Under the pieces are notes generated by a model. It did not search any database. It saw only the letters and a list, made by a program, of their open reading frames with translations, and was not told the origin of the DNA. Shown piece after piece: positions 1 to 9,199 of a DNA stretch of 64,000 nucleotides. Positions within the stretch are counted from its first letter, which is position 1. The number at the start of each line of letters is the position of its first letter. The translations under genes and the position numbers were made by a program. The stretch is from Patescibacteria group bacterium (GTDB lineage: Bacteria > Patescibacteriota > Patescibacteriia > JBDRGY01), in the NCBI GenBank assembly GCA_043817315.1, contig JBDRGY010000006.1, forward strand, positions 18,077 to 82,076, read 5' to 3'.

Positions 1-746
1 AAAGAACTCCAGGCTTTACTGGTGCTGATTTGGCCAATTTATTAAACGAATCAGCTATTTTAGCGGCTCGTCGCAATAAAAAATATATAGGTATGGAAGA
101 TTGCTTGGAGAGCATCGAAAAAGTGCTGTTGGGCCCTGAAAGAAAATCTAGACTGTTATCCAAAAAAGAGAAGCTAATTACCGCCTACCACGAAGCAGGG
201 CACGCTTTGGTCGCCCACATACTTCCCCATATTGACCCTGTTAGAAAAGTTTCCGTAATCTCCCGCGGTCAAGCGGCTGGCTATACCTTAAAACTACCCA
301 AAGAAGATAAAAGGCTTAGTACCAAAACAGAGTTTTTGGAAGAGTTGTCTGTGTTGCTGGCCGGGCACGCCGCTGAAAAGGAAATCTTTAATGAAATCAC
401 CACTGGCGCCACTTATGATCTGAGGCAGGCTACCAAACTAGCCCGCAAGCTAGTGACTGACTTTGGGATGAGTGACAAGCTGGGCCCGAGGACCTTTGGC
501 GAAAGAGAGGAGTTGATATTTCTAGGGCGGGAAATTCACGAGGAAAGAGACTACTCAGATAAAGTAGCTCAACAAATTGACAGTGAGATTAGTATGTTCA
601 TCGATAACGCCTATAGCAAAGCACGCTCCGTAATTACCAAGGCCAAGCCGATGCTCAAGAAAATTGCAGATACCTTGGTCAAGCAAGAAACCTTAGAGCA
701 GGAAGAATTTGTAGCCCTCTTTAAAAAGTCATCCGCTAAAGCCTAA
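1..746 (+). CDS. ftsH: ATP-dependent zinc metalloprotease FtsH, C-terminal part (5' truncated by window edge)
   Basis: Open frame from the window start (RTPGFTGADLANLLNE); HEAGH zinc motif; peptidase M41-type C-terminus. Confidence 0.95.
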   Translation, partial: RTPGFTGADLANLLNESAILAARRNKKYIGMEDCLESIEKVLLGPERKSRLLSKKEKLITAYHEAGHALVAHILPHIDPVRKVSVISRGQAAGYTLKLPKEDKRLSTKTEFLEELSVLLAGHAAEKEIFNEITTGATYDLRQATKLARKLVTDFGMSDKLGPRTFGEREELIFLGREIHEERDYSDKVAQQIDSEISMFIDNAYSKARSVITKAKPMLKKIADTLVKQETLEQEEFVALFKKSSAKA

Positions 747-775
747 TTTTATTAGATAATTAACTTGGAGGAAAT

Positions 776-1762
776 ATGACAGTCTATCGACCCATAATTA
801 AGAAGGCCTGGGAGATTACTCGAAAGTACAAATTTCTCTGGTTCTTCGGCTTGTTTGCCGCCTTGTTGGGGAATGGAGGGGAAATTGAGATTATTTATGA
901 AAACTTCCAGCGACTCTCCAATCAGCCCGAAACCATGTCAGCTCTCAAAGATCTGTATGTGGCTGGTCGTTTTGAAGAGATTATCAGCCAGGCCACCCAG
1001 TATTTTTCAACCAACACGCCAGTGGCCATCGCCTATGCAATTTTGGTGGTTCTGTTATTTATCCTAATCCTTTGGCTGATCGTTATTTCCCAATCTGCAC
1101 TTATAAACAAGGTGTATAAAATCAATAAGGGTCAGGAATCCAAATTTGATGACGGGATGCGGGTCGGTAAAAAATTCTTCTGGCCGGTTCTTTCGGTCAA
1201 CATAATTTCCCGGGCAGTTATTTACGGCCTCTTCTTGGCAATCTGTGGCCCCCTGCTCTATCTTTATTTTCAAAATGCTGAAACTGGCTACGTAATTGCC
1301 TATATGCTGATCTCCTTTATCATCTTTGTCCCTCTAGGAATTATTATTGCCTTCATCACCAAATACGCTACAGCCTATGTGGTTATCAAGGAAATGTCAG
1401 TCTGGTCATCCATCAAAAAGGGTTGGGTTCTGTTTGTCAGAAATTGGCTCATCAGCATCGAAATGGCAATAATCCTTCTGGCCATTAACGTAATTGTAGG
1501 TCTTGGTTTTCTGGTTCTGGTCAGCCTGCTGGCCCTTCCATTTCTGTTGCTCAGTTTCATCTTTGGGGCAGCAGCCGGAACAATTGGCTCATATTTAATC
1601 ATCGTCCCGGCAGCTATTCTTTTCTTCGCTGTATTGTTTATTGTTGGGGCCGCTTTTTCCACTTTCCAATTCTCCTCATGGACTCAGTTGTTTTTACGGC
1701 TAAACGAAGGTAAAGTAATCAGTAAAATAGCCAGGTTGTTTTCTTCATCCGGGGGCAAGTAG
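776..1762 (+). CDS. Multi-pass membrane protein of unknown function
   Basis: 328-aa ORF with about 7 hydrophobic segments; GGAGG upstream of the ATG. Confidence 0.8.
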   Translation: MTVYRPIIKKAWEITRKYKFLWFFGLFAALLGNGGEIEIIYENFQRLSNQPETMSALKDLYVAGRFEEIISQATQYFSTNTPVAIAYAILVVLLFILILWLIVISQSALINKVYKINKGQESKFDDGMRVGKKFFWPVLSVNIISRAVIYGLFLAICGPLLYLYFQNAETGYVIAYMLISFIIFVPLGIIIAFITKYATAYVVIKEMSVWSSIKKGWVLFVRNWLISIEMAIILLAINVIVGLGFLVLVSLLALPFLLLSFIFGAAAGTIGSYLIIVPAAILFFAVLFIVGAAFSTFQFSSWTQLFLRLNEGKVISKIARLFSSSGGK

Positions 1763-1864
1763 CACTATTCTTTATTGACATAAATCTCCCAATATTTTAA
1801 AGTAATACGCACACCTTTTGGCCGCGCCCCTAGTTTTTGGCCAAAAAAGTGGCGTCTAATGCCA

Positions 1865-1941
1865 GGGCATATAGCTCAGTCGGTTAGAGCACCACGCTTA
1901 TAACGTGGGGGTCGATGGTTCAAGTCCATCTATGCCCACCA
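1865..1941 (+). tRNA. tRNA-Ile (anticodon UAU)
   Basis: Cloverleaf GGGCATA...TATGCCC-ACCA; anticodon stem CCACG/CGTGG with loop CT-TAT-AA; T-loop TTCAAGT. Confidence 0.92.
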
Positions 1942-1950
1942 CTATCACAA

Positions 1951-2027
1951 GGGAGCGTAGCTCAGTTGGTTAGAGCGCTTGCTCGACACGCAAGAGGTCA
2001 GAGGTTCAAATCCCCTCGCTCCCACCA
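1951..2027 (+). tRNA. tRNA-Val (GAC), with C at position 33
   Basis: GGGAGCG...CGCTCCC-ACCA; anticodon stem CTTGC/GCAAG with loop TC-GAC-AC. Confidence 0.92.
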
Positions 2028-2059
2028 CCAAAAACCTCGTTGAGGATTTTTTTAATCAT

Positions 2060-2746
2060 ATGGGTGACTCTATTAAAATCATAAAAAACTGCGATGATTA
2101 TTTGGTAATTGTTAAGCCCTCCGGTTTAATCGTCCACCCTAACGCTCACCAGAAAACCAGCACCCTTGTTGATTGGCTTATCGAGAAATATCCTATTATC
2201 AAAGGTGTCGGAGAAAATGAAATGCGTCCCGGGATCGTTCACCGTCTAGACCAAGACGTATCCGGACTAATGGTGGTAGCTAAGAATAGCAAGAGCTTCT
2301 ATCATCTGAAAAAACAATTTCAAGATCGTTTGGTAAAAAAAGAATATTATGGGTTAGTGTTCGGGAAACCGGATCCAGATCAAGGCGAAATTACTCTATC
2401 AGTGGGCCGCTCTAAAACTGAACCCGGCAAATTTAAAATCAAGCATGACCAGACCGGCAAACCTTGTCTAACTCAGTATCAGGTGACCAAGAAATTCAAG
2501 AAGTTCGCCCTGCTGGACATCATTCTGAAAACCGGGCGCACTCATCAAATCCGAGTTCACCTAAAAGGCATTGGCCACTCTCTGGTCGGCGATAAGCTCT
2601 ATAAATCAAAAGGGGGGAAGACCAGTTTAGACAGGATTTTCTTACACGCCTACTCCCTGGGTTTTAACGACCTAAATGGTCAGTGGCAACAGTTTAAAAT
2701 TGATTTACCTCCTGATTTGAAAAGCTATTTGGCGAAATTGGAATAA
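2060..2746 (+). CDS. RluA/RluD-family RNA pseudouridine synthase (no S4 domain)
   Basis: KPSGL, HRLD and TGRTHQIRVH motifs; start moved to ATG 2060 because the longer ORF overlaps tRNA-Val. Confidence 0.9.
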   Translation: MGDSIKIIKNCDDYLVIVKPSGLIVHPNAHQKTSTLVDWLIEKYPIIKGVGENEMRPGIVHRLDQDVSGLMVVAKNSKSFYHLKKQFQDRLVKKEYYGLVFGKPDPDQGEITLSVGRSKTEPGKFKIKHDQTGKPCLTQYQVTKKFKKFALLDIILKTGRTHQIRVHLKGIGHSLVGDKLYKSKGGKTSLDRIFLHAYSLGFNDLNGQWQQFKIDLPPDLKSYLAKLE

Positions 2747-2799
2747 TTCCCACTATTTGCTAAAATATAACTAACCTAATCAGACTAAAAACGCATTAC

Positions 2800-3111
2800 A
2801 TGGAAAAAGAAGAAATTCAAAATCTAAAAACAGGACAAACCGTTCGAGTTCACCAAAAAATCAAAGAGGGTGATAAAGAAAGAACCCAGATCTTTGAAGG
2901 GATGATTCTGAAGAAGAAGGGCGGTAATCAAAAAAACGCCACCATCATGGTTAGAAAAATCTCTGAAGGAATCGGAGTAGAAAAGATTTTTCCTCTTTAT
3001 TCTCCCACTATTCCCAAGATAGAGGTAATTAAGCAGGCCAACACACGCAAAAGTAAATTATATTATTTGAGGACTTACAAGAAGAAATTAAAGGAGAAGG
3101 TAATCAAATAG
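2800..3111 (+). CDS. rplS: 50S ribosomal protein L19
   Basis: GQTVRVHQKIKEGDKERTQIFEG, VRKISEGIGVEKIFP and KLYYLR motifs. Confidence 0.96.
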   Translation: MEKEEIQNLKTGQTVRVHQKIKEGDKERTQIFEGMILKKKGGNQKNATIMVRKISEGIGVEKIFPLYSPTIPKIEVIKQANTRKSKLYYLRTYKKKLKEKVIK

Positions 3112-3182
3112 TTGGCGGGGCGGGGCGGAATATTTTGATATCTGCCTACTAACTTGGCAAAAGTTGATGTAGCTCCTAATAA

Positions 3183-3266
3183 GCCCAGGTGGTGGAACTG
3201 GTATACACACAAGCTTGAGGAGCTTGGCTCGACATGAGCGTGCGGGTTCAAATCCCGCCCTGGGCA
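3183..3266 (+). tRNA. tRNA-Leu (GAG), CCA not encoded
   Basis: GCCCAGG...CCTGGGC-A; loop TT-GAG-GA; long variable arm GCTC-GACAT-GAGC. Confidence 0.92.
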
Positions 3267-3293
3267 TGAGGGTTTCTACCCCTCCGTCCGCAT

Positions 3294-3371
3294 GGGCGAT
3301 TAGCTCAGTTGGTTTAGAGCGCTTCGTTTACACCGAAGAGGTCGGGGGTTCGATTCCCTCATCGCCCACCA
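3294..3371 (+). tRNA. tRNA-Val (UAC)
   Basis: GGGCGAT...ATCGCCC-ACCA; loop TT-TAC-AC. Confidence 0.95.
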
Positions 3372-3399
3372 CGACAAATAATTATTTTCATCAGAAACA

Positions 3400-3639
3400 A
3401 TGAACTACCTGTACGGTATTATTAGTATCATGATCGGAGTCATCTTGGTCTTGGGTACGGAAAACATCATGCGTATGTTCGGTCGAGTTGAGTGGGCAGA
3501 AACCCATATGAGCACTTGGGGTGGCTCCAGGATGTTTACTAAATTTCTTGGAGTTGGACTAATCTTTTTGGGTTTTATCTTTATGGGTGGTTGGTTCGGT
3601 CCCCTATTACGGGCATTATTCACTCCCACCGGTCAATAA
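3400..3639 (+). CDS. Small two-TM membrane protein
   Basis: 79-aa ORF with two hydrophobic helices flanking FGRVEWAE...GGSR; lies between tRNA genes. Confidence 0.75.
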   Translation: MNYLYGIISIMIGVILVLGTENIMRMFGRVEWAETHMSTWGGSRMFTKFLGVGLIFLGFIFMGGWFGPLLRALFTPTGQ

Positions 3640-3643
3640 TCGA

Positions 3644-3719
3644 GGGCCCTTAGCTCATCTGGTAGAGCGCCGCCTTTGCATGGCGGAGGTGACCGGTTCG
3701 ATCCCGGTAGGGTCCACCA
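3644..3719 (+). tRNA. tRNA-Ala (UGC)
   Basis: GGGCCCT...AGGGTCC-ACCA with G3:U70; loop TT-TGC-AT. Confidence 0.95.
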
Positions 3720-3731
3720 GATTTAATCTAT

Positions 3732-3761
3732 AAAAAATCTCGAGAAGTGTTCTCGAGTTTT
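3732..3761. terminator. Probable bidirectional intrinsic terminator
   Basis: AAAAAA-T-CTCGAGAA-gtg-TTCTCGAG-TTTTT between convergent units. Confidence 0.65.
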
Positions 3762-3829
3762 TAGTTTCTTGGGTGAAATTATGCTAGCTAATCTAGACTA
3801 AAGTCGTTGAAAAACAATCTTTTCATATT

Positions 3830-5665
3830 TTAATCTACTCTGGTGACTAAGCCGAAATTACCCCCAGTGACTTCCATGTCATTTCTTAGCCAATCCAGCT
3901 CGAAGAGTTGATGATAAAAGCCGGGCTGTCTATTGAAGTAATAAAATTCAAAAGTGCCGATCTCGCCGTGTCTGACCACTTTCTCTTTTAATCGTATCTG
4001 GCCAATTGTACTGTTCCAGCTGCTGTCATAAAACAAGCTGGGCTTATAATTAAGATCGTAGATGTTTAATCTCATATTTTGATCCCAAATAGCCAGTCCG
4101 GTGTTTTTAAACTTAACCACGGCTTTGGGTCTCCAGGCGGATTGAATGGCTTGAGGGATATTGTGTTCTACTAGCTCTGCTTTAAAATGAGAATCCACTC
4201 TGGTCACTAAATCAAATTCGCCGTTAATCGCCTCTTGGTCCTCACAAAACAGCTTGAATATCTGTTTATAATTTCCAGGAGAATTGGGAGATTTTAGGTA
4301 AAAGGTAAAGGTGCCGGTTTGGCCGCTTTTTACCGCTTCTTCATTTAACACTATCTGGCCGTAGGGCGACGCCCAGGAACCGTCTTGATAAACTGAAGGG
4401 GCCAAGCCCAAGTCATAGATGTTTAAATGAGTATTGTTTTTAGTCCAAGTAACCACGCCTCGGTTCTGGAAACTAAAAGTAGTTTTAAGGCGAGCCCCGG
4501 TAAAAGTTGCCGACAGAACATCGTTGTCAATTAAATTACCGGCATAGTCAAAGCCAATCACATTTACCTTGATATTAAATCGGGTATCTGGGATTTCTTT
4601 ACCATCGTACATTAGATAGAATTCATCAGTAATCTCTAGTTGGTCAGCTGGTGCCTCGATAGTAAAAGAAATCTTGCCAATTTCTTGGGGAGCTACATTG
4701 GCAGTCAGTAAATCTATATGATTACCATCAGCGCTGGTCAATTGTAACAGGCTGTTACTGCCATAATCAGCTGAGGCCAGATACACTGTGTCTTCGAAAT
4801 AACGCCGCCAGGTGAAGTTGCCGGTGTTTTTATACTTAGCCCAGATAGTAGCAGTTTCTCCTGGCTCTAGGGTAATTTCCTTAGCACTCTGCTCGGTTAA
4901 TTCGGCCTTGGCTACCGGTATAAAGGATGCTCCGGTATCTTTAAGGCTTTGATACAGGGACAGGGCCGAAGATCTAATGCTGCTCAGCTTGATTTCTACA
5001 TTGCTACCAGGGCAAAGGGTGCAGTCCACGTCTTGGTGGCCAACTACGTTAGGCATATTGGCGATATCCCGCCAAGTTAGTTTGGCATTAGGATTAATCC
5101 CCAGGCTAGCTCCTTTGTGAGCGATTAATTTTACCAAGGCGTTAATCGCTTTCTGGCTAGGCTGGCTCTCTTCGTAATTCCCTAGAAGCGAAATACCGAT
5201 AGTGCCCTCATTAAAATCAATTCCTTCTTTGGATCCGCCGAAGCGCACTACGTTACAACCAGAATCTCTAAAGGCGTGAGCTCCGACCACTCCGTCTCCT
5301 CCCTTTCTTCCTTCATAAATATTTCCCTGGGAATCGATCAAATAGTTATAACCAATATCACCCCAGCCTAATATTTGAGCGTGGTAGTAATAAATAGCTC
5401 TGACTGTAGCTTCCGGGTTGTCACCACCGTTGGAGCCGGCTGTATGATGGATCACAAATTTTTGTGGTCTTTGATACTGCAAGGGCCAGATAGTATCCTT
5501 GTCCGAATCCAAAAGATAATCAGCATCAGCTTCCCATTGCTCTCTGGTAATTATAGTTAACGGGCTAGCTGCTGCTTCGGTTTTTTGAGGACAAAATAAA
5601 ACCGCTAATAAAATAGCGGCAAATATAACCAAAAATGGCTTGAATTGACTAAGGACTTTTTTCAT
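3830..5665 (-). CDS. Exported N-acetylmuramoyl-L-alanine amidase (Amidase_2/PGRP-like) with three C-terminal NBR1-like Ig domains
   Basis: Signal peptide; IHHTAG, GWGDIGYNYLID and GHQD...CPG (Zn ligands H/H/C); three repeats of a K/QNTG..W ... V..G..G.F.F pattern. Confidence 0.85.
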   Translation of the reverse strand: MKKVLSQFKPFLVIFAAILLAVLFCPQKTEAAASPLTIITREQWEADADYLLDSDKDTIWPLQYQRPQKFVIHHTAGSNGGDNPEATVRAIYYYHAQILGWGDIGYNYLIDSQGNIYEGRKGGDGVVGAHAFRDSGCNVVRFGGSKEGIDFNEGTIGISLLGNYEESQPSQKAINALVKLIAHKGASLGINPNAKLTWRDIANMPNVVGHQDVDCTLCPGSNVEIKLSSIRSSALSLYQSLKDTGASFIPVAKAELTEQSAKEITLEPGETATIWAKYKNTGNFTWRRYFEDTVYLASADYGSNSLLQLTSADGNHIDLLTANVAPQEIGKISFTIEAPADQLEITDEFYLMYDGKEIPDTRFNIKVNVIGFDYAGNLIDNDVLSATFTGARLKTTFSFQNRGVVTWTKNNTHLNIYDLGLAPSVYQDGSWASPYGQIVLNEEAVKSGQTGTFTFYLKSPNSPGNYKQIFKLFCEDQEAINGEFDLVTRVDSHFKAELVEHNIPQAIQSAWRPKAVVKFKNTGLAIWDQNMRLNIYDLNYKPSLFYDSSWNSTIGQIRLKEKVVRHGEIGTFEFYYFNRQPGFYHQLFELDWLRNDMEVTGGNFGLVTRVD

Positions 5666-5773
5666 TTTTATTTTTATTTTACATCTACATTATAGCGCAT
5701 TTTGACGGTTTTGTAAAGGCCTGTGGTTTAAAAAAACCGCACAGAAAGATTCTGTACGGTAAGGGCTGACTAA

Positions 5774-5995
5774 TCAGCTCCTTGATGTCCTTAGTCCCTG
5801 GTCAATGTGGGACAAAGAAAGAGGCATGTCGTCTTCGGGAAACGGTGTCTCTTCAAGGGTAGGCGGTATCGGCTTGCCCAGCAGAGCTGCTTGGCGCTGA
5901 GAGTGCGCCAGAGCTCTAATTCGGGTGTGATCGCTCTTGGTCCCCTCTTTAGCTGTTTGCATTCCTCGATCCATCACTTCATCGATATCAGCCAT
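5774..5995 (-). CDS. Hypothetical protein
   Basis: 73-aa ORF with AAGGAG SD; second gene of a two-gene unit. Confidence 0.55.
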   Translation of the reverse strand: MADIDEVMDRGMQTAKEGTKSDHTRIRALAHSQRQAALLGKPIPPTLEETPFPEDDMPLSLSHIDQGLRTSRS

Positions 5996-6010
5996 CTGTA
6001 TTACTCCTTA

Positions 6011-6406
6011 TCACAGTCCCAGTTCATCAACGGTCTCAGCCACCGGAATCCATCTGGCCTGACCGACCGTTTCGACCGGCTGCGGCTGCTCGGTGCAGTT
6101 GTCCTGCAACAGCTGGTAAAGATCCGGTTCAGTGGTGAAGTAATCGAGTCCACCGGTCCACATCAGATAGCCCAAATAAACTTCCAGGGCCAGTATCTGT
6201 TCTGATCCTGAATACCCCCTGACAAAAAATCGGGGGGCGATAGGTACGTCGACTACGGGATCAAAGGCTGTTCTGGACTGCACTGCCTTGGTCACTTTGG
6301 CCAAAATAGCTGCATCGGTTATTACCATCTTGGGGGTCTGCTGATGCTCATAGGGCAACACTTTCCAGAACTCAATCCGGGTGATGGTCTGCCCATCATA
6401 CTGCAT
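6011..6406 (-). CDS. Hypothetical protein
   Basis: 131-aa ORF with AAGGAGG SD; TTGACT-16-TATAAT promoter at 6477-6450 on the minus strand. Confidence 0.65.
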   Translation of the reverse strand: MQYDGQTITRIEFWKVLPYEHQQTPKMVITDAAILAKVTKAVQSRTAFDPVVDVPIAPRFFVRGYSGSEQILALEVYLGYLMWTGGLDYFTTEPDLYQLLQDNCTEQPQPVETVGQARWIPVAETVDELGL

Positions 6407-6465
6407 TTGGACCTCCTTAGTTTTTGCCTCCTATAATGAACTTCTCTTGATTATATACTAAGTAG

Positions 6466-7725
6466 TTATTTAGTCAAAGATTTCTGATTCCACTGATAAA
6501 CAACTGCCATCATGCCCAATAGCAGCCAGAATAAGATGGCTAAATCATTTTTGAAATAGGGAACGTCGACCAGACCGTGGCCCAATAAACAAACCATAGC
6601 CGTCATCAGAGCAATGGCCCAGTTGAGCTCCACGTTCTTGGTCTTCAACAACCTGCGTGCCTGACGGAAGAACTGAATTATCAGACCGACAAAGACAATC
6701 AGGCCAAAGAGTCCCAATTCTACCCAGAAGTTCAAAACTACGTTGTGAGGATATAGTAAAAACTCGGTGTGTTTAATCAGCCGATACTGTTCATAATAAT
6801 GAGGAAAGCCGGCCAAGCCTGCACCCACCATTGGCCTGGCCTTCAATAGATTATAAGTGCCTTGCCACATTACTTTACGCACATCGCCGGAAACATCTGA
6901 GAAAGTAATCAGCGGCATTACATAATCTCTAGTTTGAGGAATGGCCAAAATTAATATTACCAGCACTAGCCAGGTGGCTAAAACCTTCTTCCAGTTGAAT
7001 AAGAAAAAGCTTAAAAAAACCATTGCCAAACCCAAACCCAGCCAAGCGCCCTGGGAAACCGAAGCCATGAGGGAAAAAATGCCCAAAATAACAATCATAA
7101 AACCCCACCAGAAATTGCGCGGGGTAAAGAATTTAACTCGGGCTGCCAAAGCAATAAATAGGGCGATGATAGGAGCGATTATTAATCCCAGGGCATTAGG
7201 ATAATCGTAGACCGAAACGATTCTACGGCCTTCTTCTGCCTGCCAGGGATCAGGAATGCCAACTCCGCTAAACATTTGGACTACCCCGTAAATTGATAAC
7301 CAAACTACCAAAAGGCCCAGAGCCCAGGCTATCATCTTTAACTGTTTCTTCTCCTTAATAACGTTGACTAAGACAAAAAAGAATAAGGCAGGTTCAATGA
7401 AATAGGCCTTAAGCAACCCTGAAGCTGACCTTAAGTCCGGTGACAAAAAAGTAGCCACAATCGCCGACAACAAGAAAATGACCGCAAGTAGCCAATTGGG
7501 CCAGATTATCTTTTCTTTATTTTTTACAGCCTTAAATAACCAGATCAGGAACAACAGCAGCAGCATTGCTTCCAGCAAAGTAAAGGGAAAGAAGTCATTG
7601 CTGTATCGAATTAAGTAAGTGGGCAGTAACAAAATAGTAATCGCCACAGCCCAATCGGTCCTGCGATAAGCAATAAAAGCATAGCACAGAGAAAAAGCTA
7701 TTAATAAAATTATTTGGCTAGTCAT
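6466..7725 (-). CDS. O-antigen ligase/Wzy_C family membrane protein
   Basis: About 12 TM; YPNALG, SQGAWLG, R...W, GAGLAGF and YPHN motifs. Confidence 0.88.
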   Translation of the reverse strand: MTSQIILLIAFSLCYAFIAYRRTDWAVAITILLLPTYLIRYSNDFFPFTLLEAMLLLLFLIWLFKAVKNKEKIIWPNWLLAVIFLLSAIVATFLSPDLRSASGLLKAYFIEPALFFFVLVNVIKEKKQLKMIAWALGLLVVWLSIYGVVQMFSGVGIPDPWQAEEGRRIVSVYDYPNALGLIIAPIIALFIALAARVKFFTPRNFWWGFMIVILGIFSLMASVSQGAWLGLGLAMVFLSFFLFNWKKVLATWLVLVILILAIPQTRDYVMPLITFSDVSGDVRKVMWQGTYNLLKARPMVGAGLAGFPHYYEQYRLIKHTEFLLYPHNVVLNFWVELGLFGLIVFVGLIIQFFRQARRLLKTKNVELNWAIALMTAMVCLLGHGLVDVPYFKNDLAILFWLLLGMMAVVYQWNQKSLTK

Positions 7726-9199
7726 TCTTGATTTTTAATACTCGAACGTTGCCAAAGTCATTTGACTCTATTATGTTAGCACCGTCCCAGTTTTCGGTTA
7801 AGGCTAGACCTTTGGGGTTTAGAACAACGTAACCGATCGCTTCGTTATAGAAACTGGGCTCTATTCCTTTTAGGGACAATAAATACAGATAAGCCTGGTC
7901 GTAATACTGGCTGGGTTCAGAATAAAAGTTGAATTGGTGATTCCCAATGTCGTCGGCGATATAATCGGTCACCTTTCTTTGTTCTTCAATTATGACCGAG
8001 TGGGAATTAGCTCGACTTCCGCTATATTCCAGGTCGATAAAATGATGAGTCACGAAAAACAGATTGGTGGTAATCACAGTCAGCAGGATTAACCCGGTAA
8101 TTATCTTTAGGTGTTTTTGCTGGAGCAGCCAAATTAAAAAGGCGGCTATCAACAAGAAACAAAGCGGGTAAATCAGCGAGTAATAATGAGGGGGAATCTG
8201 TTCTTTATAAAAAATAAATATTAGCAGCGGGATAAAAAACCAGAGAGCCAAGACCGAATAGTGATAGCTTTTTTCTTTGGCTGAAATTTTCTGATAATTT
8301 TTTGTTAGCAGCCAAGCCAGAATACCGATTATTAAAAGAGCAGACAAAAACTGCAAGCGGTTATTCATGGTCAATTCATCCCAGAAACCGTGGAAGCTTA
8401 AATAGCTTTTATCAATTTTCTGCCATAAGGGCAGAGCTCCCTGGCTGTCTGACTGGCCCAGTATTCGAAAGAAGCCTTTAGTGTTAGCCAAATTATTCTG
8501 TAGGTCATAAATTATCAGGGGAGAAATAACGATTAGAAAACAGACTGTGGCCAGCAACCATTTTTGCCATTTAATTTTGGGCCGGAAAATAATCCAGTAG
8601 ACAACTAGAAAAACTGGTAGGACAAATAAAGCTGTTCCGTGAAGTTGGATGATAAATCCCAGTGAGATAGCTAAGAGAATCAGATAATTTTGCTTACCCC
8701 TATGCAACTTCCATAGGGCCAACAGCAACAAGAGAATAAAGAAAGGCACGGGATGAGGGTTCCAGGTCCATCGGGAATACCTAATCATCAGGAAATTGGT
8801 AGCCATTAGGAAAGCTGCTAGTAATCCTACCCAGCGATCAAACAGTTTTTTGCCCAGATAATAAATTAGAAAAAGGCTGGCGATAGAAAGTAAGGCTACC
8901 AGGTAGGCTCCTCCCACCGGATCCGATCCGCTGAGCCAGAAAAAAGGAGCCAGTAGATAATAAAAAGCCGGTCCCAAATGAAAATCTGGTCGGTTATTGG
9001 GAGCTGCCGGGCCTAATAGGGGTAATTCTTCCCCCTCTACTATGCTTTTGACGACGAAAGCGTCTCTTCCTTCATCATTGGCAAAATGCATGGAATCATT
9101 CAGGTCATACAGTCGCAAGAAGGCTCCCACCGCCAGAATTATAACCAGCAGCCAGAATTCGGTTCTATTTTTTTTGATGAAATCAGTTAGTTTTTTCAT
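7718..9199 (-). CDS. GT-C glycosyltransferase (PMT_2/ArnT-like)
   Basis: LRL...NDEGRD N-terminal loop; GPAFYYL; many TM segments. Confidence 0.85.
   Translation of the reverse strand: MKKLTDFIKKNRTEFWLLVIILAVGAFLRLYDLNDSMHFANDEGRDAFVVKSIVEGEELPLLGPAAPNNRPDFHLGPAFYYLLAPFFWLSGSDPVGGAYLVALLSIASLFLIYYLGKKLFDRWVGLLAAFLMATNFLMIRYSRWTWNPHPVPFFILLLLLALWKLHRGKQNYLILLAISLGFIIQLHGTALFVLPVFLVVYWIIFRPKIKWQKWLLATVCFLIVISPLIIYDLQNNLANTKGFFRILGQSDSQGALPLWQKIDKSYLSFHGFWDELTMNNRLQFLSALLIIGILAWLLTKNYQKISAKEKSYHYSVLALWFFIPLLIFIFYKEQIPPHYYSLIYPLCFLLIAAFLIWLLQQKHLKIITGLILLTVITTNLFFVTHHFIDLEYSGSRANSHSVIIEEQRKVTDYIADDIGNHQFNFYSEPSQYYDQAYLYLLSLKGIEPSFYNEAIGYVVLNPKGLALTENWDGANIIESNDFGNVRVLKIKND

Noticed and set aside
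1979-2059. N-terminal extension of the RluA ORF
   Set aside because: Overlaps tRNA-Val and its terminator; ATG 2060 is the plausible start
3113-3130. GGCGGGGCGGGGCGG run after rplS
   Set aside because: Short and single; it resembles the GC-rich core at 25743 only weakly, so no claim is supportable
3215-3403. 62-aa ORF
   Set aside because: It is a translation of tRNA-Leu and tRNA-Val sequence
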